A DNA stretch of 51,463 nt, taken from positions 1-51,463 of the forward strand of contig JASFYY010000033.1 of NCBI GenBank assembly GCA_045046875.1, written 5' to 3'. The stretch's first letter is position 1; every line of letters begins with the position of its first letter. This document shows positions 19,603 to 29,078 of the stretch, piece by piece. Both the position numbers and the translations under genes were made by a program. The notes under the pieces were generated by a model. That model searched no databases, was not told the origin of the DNA, and saw only the letters and a program-made list of their open reading frames with translations. The DNA is from Verrucomicrobiota bacterium. GTDB lineage: Bacteria > Verrucomicrobiota > Verrucomicrobiia > Verrucomicrobiales > DEV007.

Positions 19603-21246
19603 TTAACGAGGTTCGACGCTTTGAGAGAGGCGCAGGACTTGGGCGGGTACATCCAGCGGTCCCCTGGCTTCGCGAACCAGACGGCTGGCTTGGGCACGCA
19701 TTTGCTGGAGCGTTTGCAGGTGATGGGGGTTGCTAGCTAGGTTGGTGCTTTCACTGGGGTCGTTTTTGATATCGAACAATTCTTCGTAAACGGGTTTTTC
19801 ACCGTGAATAGTGGAGGTGAGCCATTGGGTGTAGAGTGCTGCTTGTTCGGGGCTGGTGCGGTATTTTGCCAGACCTTTGCCCAGTTGATCCCATAAGGAG
19901 TGATCATTTTTGAAATAACGGATATATTTCCATTGTTTGGAACGCACACTTTCGATCCGGGGGTTGCCAAACACGGTTGACCAGAGGTTTTCCGCAAAGG
20001 CGTAGGATCGCCACTTTTCGGGTTTCCCTTTGAGCAAAGGTAAAAGGCTGTTGCCCTGCATGGTATCGGGAGGTGAGATTCCGGCGAAGTCGAGCAGGGT
20101 GGGGGCGATGTCGATGGATAGAACCAGTGAGTCGAGGCGTTGCCCGGCTCGCTTTTCAGGTAGCCTTGGATCCATGATTAACATGGGAACTTTCAGGCAA
20201 GCTTCGTAATTCAGAGCCTTGCCTCCGAGTCCGTATTCGCCATGCATCACTCCGTGGTCGGAGGCAAAAATGATGACGGTATTGTCACTGATGTTGAGGG
20301 TCTCAAGTTGGTCACGTATCGCTCCGAGCATGCGGTCAACGCCGGTGATGGTCTGATATTCCCTGATTAAGCGTTCACCTAAATCGGCTTTGGTGTCGAC
20401 GTAGTCATAACTGTTTTGCCTGTATTGCGTTTGCAAAACATCACTGGGAAGTTTGGGGGATTGGATCGAGGATTTAGCGGTGTAGCGCGAGGGCAGGGGG
20501 ATGGATTTGATCTGGTCGCGGTAGGTGCTGCGGTATAATTCCGGATCGGAAGGTAGCAGCTTCATTTTGCTGGTACTCGCTGCGTGCGGCACGTTGAGGC
20601 AAATGGAAAGGCAGAAGGGTTGATTATCAGGGCGCTGTTTGAGAAAGGCTTCGGCTCCTTTCAGGTAGGTCTTTTTTGTATTCAGAAAACTTTGAGCACC
20701 TTCATTGATGATTTCGATTTGTGTATCAGCTTGTGCGTCTGCAAAACGCGGGTGACGTTTTTTCGGGTAAAAGCCCAAGTGGCCATGGGCGGCGTACCAG
20801 AAGTCGAAACTCTGGTCCATTAATCCGGTTTCATATCCGGATTTCCCGATGGGAACATGGTTTTTGCCAACATAGCCAGTGTAGTAACCATTTTTCCTAA
20901 GGATTACGGGGTAACTTTTGTTCCAGGCCGAGGCAGTGAGGGCGGTGCCTGAATTGAAGTTGACTGCATGACGCCGTTCGTATTGGCCGAGGAAGTAGCA
21001 GGCGCGACTGGGGGTGCAGATGGCACTGGTGACAAAGGCTTGTTCGAAGAGGGTGCCTTCTTTTGCCAAGCGGTCAATGTGTGGGGTTTTGATGAAGGTA
21101 TTGCCATAACAGCCTAGACTGTCTTGACGTTGGTCGTCGGTGAGAATGAAAATCAGGTTGGGTTTGCGTTCGGCGGCGGCGGCGTGAATGGTTTGGGCGA
21201 ATCCGGACGTGATCAGCAGGATGAAAGTTGTGAAAATGAATTTCAT
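19603..21246 (-). CDS. Sulfatase (S1 family, Cys-type)
   Basis: PNLIFILTDDQR; AICTPSRA; GKNH; ASDHG; signal peptide. Confidence 0.93.
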   Translation of the reverse strand: MKFIFTTFILLITSGFAQTIHAAAAERKPNLIFILTDDQRQDSLGCYGNTFIKTPHIDRLAKEGTLFEQAFVTSAICTPSRACYFLGQYERRHAVNFNSGTALTASAWNKSYPVILRKNGYYTGYVGKNHVPIGKSGYETGLMDQSFDFWYAAHGHLGFYPKKRHPRFADAQADTQIEIINEGAQSFLNTKKTYLKGAEAFLKQRPDNQPFCLSICLNVPHAASTSKMKLLPSDPELYRSTYRDQIKSIPLPSRYTAKSSIQSPKLPSDVLQTQYRQNSYDYVDTKADLGERLIREYQTITGVDRMLGAIRDQLETLNISDNTVIIFASDHGVMHGEYGLGGKALNYEACLKVPMLIMDPRLPEKRAGQRLDSLVLSIDIAPTLLDFAGISPPDTMQGNSLLPLLKGKPEKWRSYAFAENLWSTVFGNPRIESVRSKQWKYIRYFKNDHSLWDQLGKGLAKYRTSPEQAALYTQWLTSTIHGEKPVYEELFDIKNDPSESTNLASNPHHLQTLQQMRAQASRLVREARGPLDVPAQVLRLSQSVEPR

Positions 21247-21264
21247 GGGCTGATGGAGAAGGGG

Positions 21265-22209
21265 CTACTGCGCCGTGTGGAGGAATGCTTTGGCGTCGAA
21301 GAGACCGTATTTGTAAGCGTAGAGCAGGCCTACCGCGGCGATCGAGGTGAGAGCGGTGCAGGCGATCACCCAGGGGTTTTGTAACAATTGTTCGGGTTCC
21401 AGTCGGGCGCCGGCTTCGCTCATGGCGTGATTAAAATAAGCGATCACTGCGAGGATGATGAGCGGGAAGACAAATACCAGATTGTTAAAAGGCTCGTAGC
21501 TGGAGATCGCCCATCCGGAGCAGAAACAGAACAGATTGGCGTAGGTGACCATGGCGATGATCAGGCTTTTGTTGGTATAGACTTGGAAGGATTTGCGGTA
21601 TTTTCCGCTCAACTCGGCATCGTCAATCATGCGGAATTCGGAGTAGCGCTTGCCGGTCATCAGCAGTCCGCCGAAGGCCCACCAGGCCAGCATGATGGAG
21701 AGTGGCGGAGGGGTCAGGGTGTCTGTGAGAGCGTACCAGCCGAGCCATAGGCGGATCGGGTTATTGAAGGATTCGGCGATGACATCGAGGTAGGCGCGGT
21801 CTTTCAGGCGTACCGGTGGGATGTTGTAAACGACGCCGCTGAATAATAGCAGGCCGAGGGCGATGGTGTAGCCGGGATTGGGGAACCACCACAGGGCGAG
21901 TCCAAAACCAACCACGATCAGTCCGGCCATGATGCCCCATAGGATGGGCACTTTGACTTTGCCTGCGGGGATGCCACGGTGTTTTTTGGTCGGATGCAGC
22001 CGGTCGAAAGGTGCGTCGAGGATTTCGTTGAGGATGTAGTTGGCGGATGCGATCAGGCAGGCAGGAATGAGAGACAGTGCGGCTGCCTGGATCAGGGATG
22101 CCGTGATATCAAGATCAAATACCAGCACGATGGCAACGGCATGGCCGAAGACAATGAAGATATTTTTCAGCCAGTGGTCAATACGGGCGACCTTGAGATA
22201 TTCGATCAT
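21265..22209 (-). CDS. UbiA-family prenyltransferase (decaprenyl-phosphate phosphoribosyltransferase-like)
   Basis: RIDHWLKN, SANYILNEILDAPFDRLHPTKKHR and GKRYSE; multiple TM helices. Confidence 0.85.
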   Translation of the reverse strand: MIEYLKVARIDHWLKNIFIVFGHAVAIVLVFDLDITASLIQAAALSLIPACLIASANYILNEILDAPFDRLHPTKKHRGIPAGKVKVPILWGIMAGLIVVGFGLALWWFPNPGYTIALGLLLFSGVVYNIPPVRLKDRAYLDVIAESFNNPIRLWLGWYALTDTLTPPPLSIMLAWWAFGGLLMTGKRYSEFRMIDDAELSGKYRKSFQVYTNKSLIIAMVTYANLFCFCSGWAISSYEPFNNLVFVFPLIILAVIAYFNHAMSEAGARLEPEQLLQNPWVIACTALTSIAAVGLLYAYKYGLFDAKAFLHTAQ

Positions 22210-22438
22210 GTTGGAAAGCGATAGTTTGCGATGGAGTCCTTATGCCTGTTGTGAGAACCCAGTTGCAATGAATAGCTCAGATCAGGCCTTTTGACAAAGG
22301 GATTTACGGTATCAAGTCCAGCGATCTTTCAAGGAATGATAGAGCGGTCTTGCATTTCTTATTAGCGACTTAATAGTGAGCGCGTGATAGATGCCTGTGA
22401 AGCGTAAAAAACTGCGGGAAATCTATACGAATCAAATT

Positions 22439-22513
22439 GTCCCCGTAGTTCAACGGATAGAACAAGGGTTTCCTAAACCTTAGATGTGAGTTCGATTCTC
22501 GCCGGGGACGCCA
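22439..22513 (+). tRNA. tRNA-Arg (anticodon CCT)
   Basis: Acceptor stem GTCCCCG/CGGGGAC; D-arm GTTCAACGGATAGAAC; anticodon loop TTCCTAA; T-loop TTCGATT; encoded CCA. Confidence 0.96.
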
Positions 22514-22526
22514 GTTTTTCATAATC

Positions 22527-23309
22527 ATGTTGGATCAATTAGATATCGAAAAGTTGAAGGAAATCGCGCGCCTGGCGGGAGATGAGATTTTGCAGGTCTA
22601 TGGCAGTGATTTTGTGGTGGATGAAAAGGAGGACGAATCTCCGCTGACCGAGGCGGACCGGCGGGCGAATACGGTGATTCTGGAGGAGTTGGGAAAAAGT
22701 TATCCGGGGCTGCCGTTTGTATCGGAGGAGAGCAAGGCTCTGCCTTTTGAGGAGCGCAAACAGTGGCCTTATCTGTGGATGATCGATCCTCTGGATGGCA
22801 CCAAGGAGTTTGTTAAACGCAACGGAGAGTTCACGGTGAATATTGCTTTGGTGCGAGATGGGGTTCCGGTGGCGGGGGTGGTGTATCAGCCGACGGAGGA
22901 GAAGATGTATTATGCGGTGGAGGGGCGCGGGGCTTTTGTTCAAATCGGGCAGGGTTCGGCACGACCCTTGACGGGCGGGCCGTCGTATCGAGATCCGGCG
23001 GTGGATCCGGTGAAGGTGGTGGCGAGTCGTTCGCATTTGTCCCAGGAGGTGACGGATTTTGTTAAAGATTTGGAGCAGGAAGGCCGGCAGGTGGAGTTCA
23101 TGTCTTCGGGCAGTTCGTTGAAATTGTGTTTGGTGGCTGAGGGGGCGGCCCATGTGTATCCGCGTCTGGCTCCGACGATGGAATGGGATACGGCGGCAGC
23201 GCATGCGGTGGTGCGGGAAGCTGGAAAACAAGTTTTGCAGTTTGAGTCGGGGGAGGATTTGAGGTATAACAAGGAAGATTTGCTGAATCCTTGGTTTGTG
23301 GTGGAATGA
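22527..23309 (+). CDS. cysQ: 3'(2'),5'-bisphosphate nucleotidase CysQ
   Basis: SPLTEAD, VSEES, IDPLDGTKEFVKRNGEFTVNIAL, GSSLKLC and YPRLAPTMEWDTAA. Confidence 0.96.
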   Translation: MLDQLDIEKLKEIARLAGDEILQVYGSDFVVDEKEDESPLTEADRRANTVILEELGKSYPGLPFVSEESKALPFEERKQWPYLWMIDPLDGTKEFVKRNGEFTVNIALVRDGVPVAGVVYQPTEEKMYYAVEGRGAFVQIGQGSARPLTGGPSYRDPAVDPVKVVASRSHLSQEVTDFVKDLEQEGRQVEFMSSGSSLKLCLVAEGAAHVYPRLAPTMEWDTAAAHAVVREAGKQVLQFESGEDLRYNKEDLLNPWFVVE

Positions 23310-23320
23310 GGGGGTGGGAG

Positions 23321-23362
23321 AAGGATTCAGGAGTAAGAAGACAGGATTTAGGGTTCAGGGTT
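23321..23362. repeat. Degenerate heptamer tandem repeat (6 units)
   Basis: aaggatt caggagt aagaaga caggatt tagggtt cagggtt in the spacer between cysQ and the glycosyltransferase gene. Confidence 0.5.
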
Positions 23363-23371
23363 TTCCATTAA

Positions 23372-25330
23372 ATGAGAAAGGAGCGTCGCAGGTCGGTATT
23401 ATTGGTTTTGGCAGGATTATTCCTGCTGCTTGCGATTTATTTGTTATCCAGCGAAAACCCCTGGAGTTTTGATAAGGAAATTTTGTCCAAAATCGAGGCG
23501 GGAGAATCAGTGAAGCTGAAGTTCCAGGTGGCCTTGGGCTTGTACTTGGCGGCTGCGGTGAATTTGATCTTGATCACCGGATTGTTAGTGGCCTGGTGGT
23601 TTTTCGACGCCAAGTTGCCGGAGCCGGACCGGGGGATATCGACTGGTGAAGTGTATGTGGTGAGGGAGGAAGGTCCTTTTTCGGGTCTGACGACACGTTC
23701 TTTCTGGCTGTTATTGGCGGTGATCCTGATGATCGGAGGCGGGCTGCGTTGGCACTTGGCGAGTGGCAGTCTGTGGTGGGACGAGTTGTGGTCGGTCAAG
23801 CAGGGGGTGGTGGGGGCTTATGTGCCGGACAAGGCGGAGCCAGGGGAATACAGATTCAAGGAGGCGAGCTGGGAGCGTTCGGCCTGGTATTACCGCAAAC
23901 CGACTAATCATGCGGTGGCTTCTTTGTCAGCGAAGTTGGTGGATACGGTGTGGAGGAATTTTAATCAGGTGGAGCGTCAGGAATTTCGCGATATCATGAT
24001 TCGTTTGCCGACGTGGTTGTGTTCTTTGGCGGTGATGCTGATGCTTGCGGTGTTGGGGCGTAGGTGGAAAATGCCATGGGCAGGTTTGGCTGCGGCTTTG
24101 TTAATAGCGCTGCATCCTTGGCACATTCGTTACGGAGTGGATGCACGGGCCTATACCTTTGTGGTTTTGTGGACGGTGATGGGCTGTTATTGGCTGACGC
24201 TTATTGCGGACCATAAAAACCGTTCTTTTCGGCCTTGGTTCATGTTTGGACTGAATCAGTTTTTGTTGGTATGGAGTTTCCCCCAAGCAGTCTGGATGGC
24301 GGCAGGTTTTTTCCTGGCGGCGGTCATTTTGGTTTTTATGACTTGGCGCAAGCTCTCGGATCGGCTGACGGGGCTGTGGTCTTTATTGTTGGTTAACATT
24401 TTGGCCGGCGTGTTTTTTATCCAGATGTTTGCTCCCAACTTATTGCAGATAAAGGTGTGGATGTCGGCTGACAGTGAGCGGCAGGAGGGGCATGAATTGA
24501 ATGTTGTGCGTTTTCAGGAGTTTTTAACCCAGTCCTTTTTTGGTATGCCGGTTTATCGCTCGGGTGAGGGGGATTCCGCTGGATTGCCCTCTTTTGTCGG
24601 TCAATTGCAAACCCAGCCAGTGTGGATGTGGTTGGCGATGCTGGTATTGTTGCTGGCGAGTTTGATGGGTTTGATGTATTTACTGTATGCGCGGCGTAGG
24701 GTGTTGTTGATTTTAGGCGCTGTGGCCATGGGTGGGTTATTGGCTTTTTCTTTTTACGGATTGGTGGAGACGTATTTTTATCATCGATTTCTTATTTTCT
24801 TAATTGTGTGGGTGGTATTCCTACCGGCAGTATCGCTACAGTGGTGGGTATCGACCCGGTCGAGAGCTGGGCAGTTGCCGGCGGGTTTACTGGGTTTGTT
24901 GGTATTGGCAGGTTTTTATGCGGCTGCGGTGTGGCCACAAGTGAAAATCTTGAATGAAAGGAGCTACGCCCCTTTGCGTGAGGTGGCTGAATATTTTCAA
25001 CAAGCTAGAGGCGGAGTGTTCAGTGATCCGGAGAATGGGAAACAAGCTGTGATCTCGGCGGTGTATGGTCATGGGGGAGAGACTTTGCATGTCTACGATC
25101 CTGAAGTGAAGGTGCTGCGCAGTCTGGCGGAATTACAGGAGCTCACTAAAATGGCTAAAGAAAAAGGCGCGCGATTGCTAGTGGCTTATGATCACCGCCA
25201 ATTTAATGAGGTGATGGTGCCAGATGGTTTTGAGTGGTTGGATGATGAGGCACGTTTTGAGCAAGTGGCTACTTATCCGGCGATTGAACCGGAGTTTTTC
25301 TTTAGGATTTTGGAATACAGGGAAAAGTAA
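23372..25330 (+). CDS. Polytopic GT-C fold glycosyltransferase (GT39/PMT-like)
   Basis: LRW..ASGSLWWDELWS (DE motif after an early TM), RLP and HPWHIRYGVDARAY; many TM helices. Confidence 0.78.
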   Translation: MRKERRRSVLLVLAGLFLLLAIYLLSSENPWSFDKEILSKIEAGESVKLKFQVALGLYLAAAVNLILITGLLVAWWFFDAKLPEPDRGISTGEVYVVREEGPFSGLTTRSFWLLLAVILMIGGGLRWHLASGSLWWDELWSVKQGVVGAYVPDKAEPGEYRFKEASWERSAWYYRKPTNHAVASLSAKLVDTVWRNFNQVERQEFRDIMIRLPTWLCSLAVMLMLAVLGRRWKMPWAGLAAALLIALHPWHIRYGVDARAYTFVVLWTVMGCYWLTLIADHKNRSFRPWFMFGLNQFLLVWSFPQAVWMAAGFFLAAVILVFMTWRKLSDRLTGLWSLLLVNILAGVFFIQMFAPNLLQIKVWMSADSERQEGHELNVVRFQEFLTQSFFGMPVYRSGEGDSAGLPSFVGQLQTQPVWMWLAMLVLLLASLMGLMYLLYARRRVLLILGAVAMGGLLAFSFYGLVETYFYHRFLIFLIVWVVFLPAVSLQWWVSTRSRAGQLPAGLLGLLVLAGFYAAAVWPQVKILNERSYAPLREVAEYFQQARGGVFSDPENGKQAVISAVYGHGGETLHVYDPEVKVLRSLAELQELTKMAKEKGARLLVAYDHRQFNEVMVPDGFEWLDDEARFEQVATYPAIEPEFFFRILEYREK

Positions 25331-25391
25331 GCTTCCTGTTCTGCTGTGAGCTCGTATAGTGAGGCAGGTGGTGGAGAGAAATGTCAGTGTA

Positions 25392-28300
25392 ATGGATAGG
25401 GCAAAGCGGCGAGGTCGCGGTCGGCGGGCGGGGGTGTGGATGTCTAAGTTCGGCGCCTGGTTGCTGGCGATGATGGTGGCGATCAGTCTTTTGGTGGGTG
25501 GGGTTTTGTATGTGATTTACCTCAACCCTTCGAAGTCGGTGAACCTGGCGCTGGAGGAGTTGCTGTTCGGGCAGCAGGTGGTGGTGGGAGAAGTGACTTT
25601 TCCTCGCCCGGGGGTGGTGCATGTCGAGGGATTGAGGATGAAGGATCCTGATGGCGAGGGCTTTTGGTTGGAGCTGGGGGAAGTGGAGATCGACTATGAC
25701 TTTGAGGAGTTGAAAAAACATCGGCATGTCAAGTCGCTGCGCCTGAAGCGACCGGTGATCCATTTGGATGAAGCGGTGGTGAAGGGCTTGAGTAAAACGG
25801 GGTTGACGATTGGAAAAAAATCGGCTGCTGCAAAAGTTAACAAAGCTTTGGATCTTGGTTTTTTAGCAACCATCAGTGATGAGATCATTGTGGAAGATGG
25901 GCGGGTGGTGATTGAGTGGGCGGGGCTACCGAAAACGAGTTTTGCTTTTGATACGGATTTGAAGGCTTTGCTACCGGGTGCGGGCAATGCTGGTAGTGGT
26001 GGGGAATGGATCAGCGCAGAGCCCTTGAGCCTGAAGTTGAGGGAGTTGAAGATGGAGCTGGAGGAGGAAATAGACCCGCTGGAGGTGGAACAAATTGAGC
26101 TGGCGGTGATGGTGAGCAGCGATGCTAAAAAAGTGGAGATCAGGCGTTTGCAGATCATTCGGCCGGAGGTGCATATCACACCGTCTTTGTTGGCAAATTT
26201 TGCTAAGGGGAAGCCGGTGGTGTCCACAAAAAGTGCCGCCGGAGGGGCGATGGCTGGGCAGGTGCAAGACAATGAGGCAAACGGGGAGGCGGCTCAAACG
26301 AATGGGGATGCGGCGACTGCGTTGGAGCTGGTGATTGGCGAGTTGGTGGTGAGGCAAGGGCGTTTTGCTTTGAGTGGTTTTGATGGGGGGGATGGACAGC
26401 TTTTGCTGCCGAAGGTGGCTTTTGAGACGTCGTTGAATTGGAGTGGGATTGAGATCAAAGGGGGGCAGTTCAAGTCGCAGGCGGAGTTGGGATTAAATTT
26501 GCAAAAACTGTCGGTAGACGGTGCGCAGGGTGAGACAGCAGTGAACCCTTTGTTTGCGGCCAAGCAACTGGCCTTGCGGTTTTTGCCGCAGGACTTGATT
26601 CAAAAACGACGCTTGCAGGGTTTGAAGCTGAGCTCTCCCGAACTGCACCTTTCCGCGGAAAATTTATATCGAGTGATGGGTGCGGGAAATGAGGAGAAAG
26701 AAAAGAGTGAAGTGGATGTCGTTGGTAGGGCAGGCGCTGTTGAGCAAGAGAAAGAGGATGAAAGGATATCTTTCGAGTTAGGAGAACTGTTGATCGAAGG
26801 GGGGCGGTTTTTTATGGAAGAGATGGACGAACCCTTGTTGCCGGATGTCGAGACTTCTTTTACGGGACAATTCAGCGAATTGAAATATGCGGTAGCAGAA
26901 GGCTTGGTGAGTTCGGCGGAGGATCAGAAGGTGAGCTTGTCTGATCTGCGGGTGAATGCGGCGGCGCTGGCGAATGGAAAGGATTTGATCAAGGTGGCAA
27001 AAGTGGCTGTGGATTTTAAGATAGATGATTTGTTGCAGCAGGGCCGTTTGCATCGCTTGCAGGTTCAAGCTCCGAAGCTGTGGGTGAACGATGAGACGGT
27101 GAAGCGGTGGTTGCCTTTGTTCCGTTCTGAAAGCGTGAAAGAGGGGGGGGGGAGTGCACCTGCCGAGAAGATGGAAAAAAGAGGGGGGCTGGCGAAGGAG
27201 GAGGAGGGTAAAATCTGGCAGGTGGGGGATTTGGAAATCACCGAGGGTAGTTTTTTTACTCATTTGGAAAAATCAATCAAGGGCATACCCAGATTGATGG
27301 GAGATTTTTCCCTTGAGACTTTGCCGTTTGAATTTTCGGCGGATAAAGACGAGATGCAGGAGCCTCACTATCGGCTGCATGTTGCCGGCTTGAGGGTTCG
27401 CCCGCAATCTTTTGTGCCGAGTCAGGCGGGTGATGGCAGTGGCGGGGGACAAGGGCGCCGCGGGGAGTCCAGTGACCGGGATGTGGCTTTTGTCAGGGAT
27501 TTGGTTGTGGAGGTGACACCAAGGGAGTTGCAGCAAGAGAAGCGGATTGGAAGTGTGGTGGTGGCTGGGGGGACGCTGAAGCTGGACGAGGATTTTCGCG
27601 CTTTGATGGGAGAATCAGGCGCTGATGGAGGGGGAGGGGGAAAGAAGGCTGCGAGTCAGGGCAAAGAGAATGCGGCTGAAGTGAAAGCGGCTCCGGCTTT
27701 GTCGCCGGTGGAGGGGGAGGTCGATGAGCAGGTGTCGGGTTGGAGTATCGGTGAGCTGGGGGTGAATCGGATGGTGGTCAGGTTGGAGGCCATGGTGCCG
27801 CAATTGGAGGGGGTGGAGTTTTCGGTCGAAACGACGATGCGCGATGTGCCGTTGTCAGCGGATGGCCTGATATCCCGTCATCACATGCAGAAGGTGGAGA
27901 TCGCGGGGATCGAGTTGCGGGACCCTTACGACGGAATCAGAACGGCGGCGGTATTGCCGACTATTTTTTTGAAATTTTCCCTGGGCGGGCTGATGAAACA
28001 GGAACTGGAATCGGTGGATATTCTGGGGCCGGTATTGTTTGTGGGGGAGCCGCTGTTCAACTGGGTGGAGTATCAACGTAAGTACCGCAAACAGAACGAG
28101 GGCAATTCGTTGCAACCGGGAGAATGGCAAGGGGAAGAGAATCAAGCAGGGGCTGGAAAAAACAAGCAGGCTAGTGAGGGCGGTAGTTGGAAATTGAATC
28201 ACATCAATGCGCACTACGGCAAGATGGTGATCGCTCCGATTGGAACGCCGATAGGGATTGTGCCTTTCCCTTTTGCGGTTGAAACGCACTTGGAGAATGG

Positions 28301-29042
28301 GCAGATCGCCTTGAATCTTGAGATTCCCCAGGAGCAGTATGTGTATTCACTGGCTGATTTGAAACTCGATATGTATGGCTTGAGTGGCAAGGTTGAGTTC
28401 AATGTTCCGATCAAACAGGAAAACAATAATATCTGGCAGAACTTCAAGCTGGATCGTTTGGTGTGGAAGCAATTTAATGCTGAGAAAATCTCGATGGAGG
28501 TGACTTATGACTCCAAGGGCATTTATGGAAAGCTCGAAGGGCAGGCCTATGAGGGTTATGTGAACGGGGCTTTTAATATTTACCTCAAAGACATTGGCAA
28601 ATGGGACGGTTGGTTGGCGGCGACGGATGTGAACATGGGGCCGATCACCGAGGCACTGGCACCGGAGAACTTTGTCATGAATGGCACGATCTCAGGCAAG
28701 CTGGTATCGAGCGGCAAGGGCCTGGAGCTGGGAGTGACGACGGGCGAGTTGCGCTCGATAAGTCCCGGGCATATCGAGATTAGCAAGTTGCAAAGTGTGT
28801 TGGAATCCCTGCCGAAGGAGTGGACCCAGTTGAAGCGTAGCCTGAGCGAGTTGGCATTGAACGGGCTGAAGACATTTGACTATGAAAAAGCAGAGGGCAA
28901 AATAGACTTGTTGAATAGAGATGGTGAAATCGCTTTGGATCTCAGGGGGCCTGCGGGATCGCGGGTATTTCATTTTTATCTGCACGATTGGCGAAAAAAG
29001 AAGGGCAAGGAGAAAGATGCAAAAGTAGTGTCTGTTCCTTGA
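25392..29042 (+). CDS. Large AsmA-like/YdbH-like intermembrane protein
   Basis: About 1200 aa; single N-terminal TM; repeated beta-rich units (L.I..P..H; L.IGEL.V..GRF); C-terminus LALNGLKTFDY...GEIALDLRG resembles YdbH; followed by a YnbE/YdbL-like gene; start uncertain (25359, 25392 or 25440). Confidence 0.7.
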   Translation: MDRAKRRGRGRRAGVWMSKFGAWLLAMMVAISLLVGGVLYVIYLNPSKSVNLALEELLFGQQVVVGEVTFPRPGVVHVEGLRMKDPDGEGFWLELGEVEIDYDFEELKKHRHVKSLRLKRPVIHLDEAVVKGLSKTGLTIGKKSAAAKVNKALDLGFLATISDEIIVEDGRVVIEWAGLPKTSFAFDTDLKALLPGAGNAGSGGEWISAEPLSLKLRELKMELEEEIDPLEVEQIELAVMVSSDAKKVEIRRLQIIRPEVHITPSLLANFAKGKPVVSTKSAAGGAMAGQVQDNEANGEAAQTNGDAATALELVIGELVVRQGRFALSGFDGGDGQLLLPKVAFETSLNWSGIEIKGGQFKSQAELGLNLQKLSVDGAQGETAVNPLFAAKQLALRFLPQDLIQKRRLQGLKLSSPELHLSAENLYRVMGAGNEEKEKSEVDVVGRAGAVEQEKEDERISFELGELLIEGGRFFMEEMDEPLLPDVETSFTGQFSELKYAVAEGLVSSAEDQKVSLSDLRVNAAALANGKDLIKVAKVAVDFKIDDLLQQGRLHRLQVQAPKLWVNDETVKRWLPLFRSESVKEGGGSAPAEKMEKRGGLAKEEEGKIWQVGDLEITEGSFFTHLEKSIKGIPRLMGDFSLETLPFEFSADKDEMQEPHYRLHVAGLRVRPQSFVPSQAGDGSGGGQGRRGESSDRDVAFVRDLVVEVTPRELQQEKRIGSVVVAGGTLKLDEDFRALMGESGADGGGGGKKAASQGKENAAEVKAAPALSPVEGEVDEQVSGWSIGELGVNRMVVRLEAMVPQLEGVEFSVETTMRDVPLSADGLISRHHMQKVEIAGIELRDPYDGIRTAAVLPTIFLKFSLGGLMKQELESVDILGPVLFVGEPLFNWVEYQRKYRKQNEGNSLQPGEWQGEENQAGAGKNKQASEGGSWKLNHINAHYGKMVIAPIGTPIGIVPFPFAVETHLENGQIALNLEIPQEQYVYSLADLKLDMYGLSGKVEFNVPIKQENNNIWQNFKLDRLVWKQFNAEKISMEVTYDSKGIYGKLEGQAYEGYVNGAFNIYLKDIGKWDGWLAATDVNMGPITEALAPENFVMNGTISGKLVSSGKGLELGVTTGELRSISPGHIEISKLQSVLESLPKEWTQLKRSLSELALNGLKTFDYEKAEGKIDLLNRDGEIALDLRGPAGSRVFHFYLHDWRKKKGKEKDAKVVSVP

Positions 29043-29078
29043 GAATTTTGAAATAGAGGTCATTCATTAGTATTGTTT

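Noticed and set aside
22439..22513. tRNA-Arg as the integration site of a genomic island
   Set aside because: No integrase nearby and no duplicated tRNA 3' end noticed; a housekeeping gene (cysQ) follows immediately.
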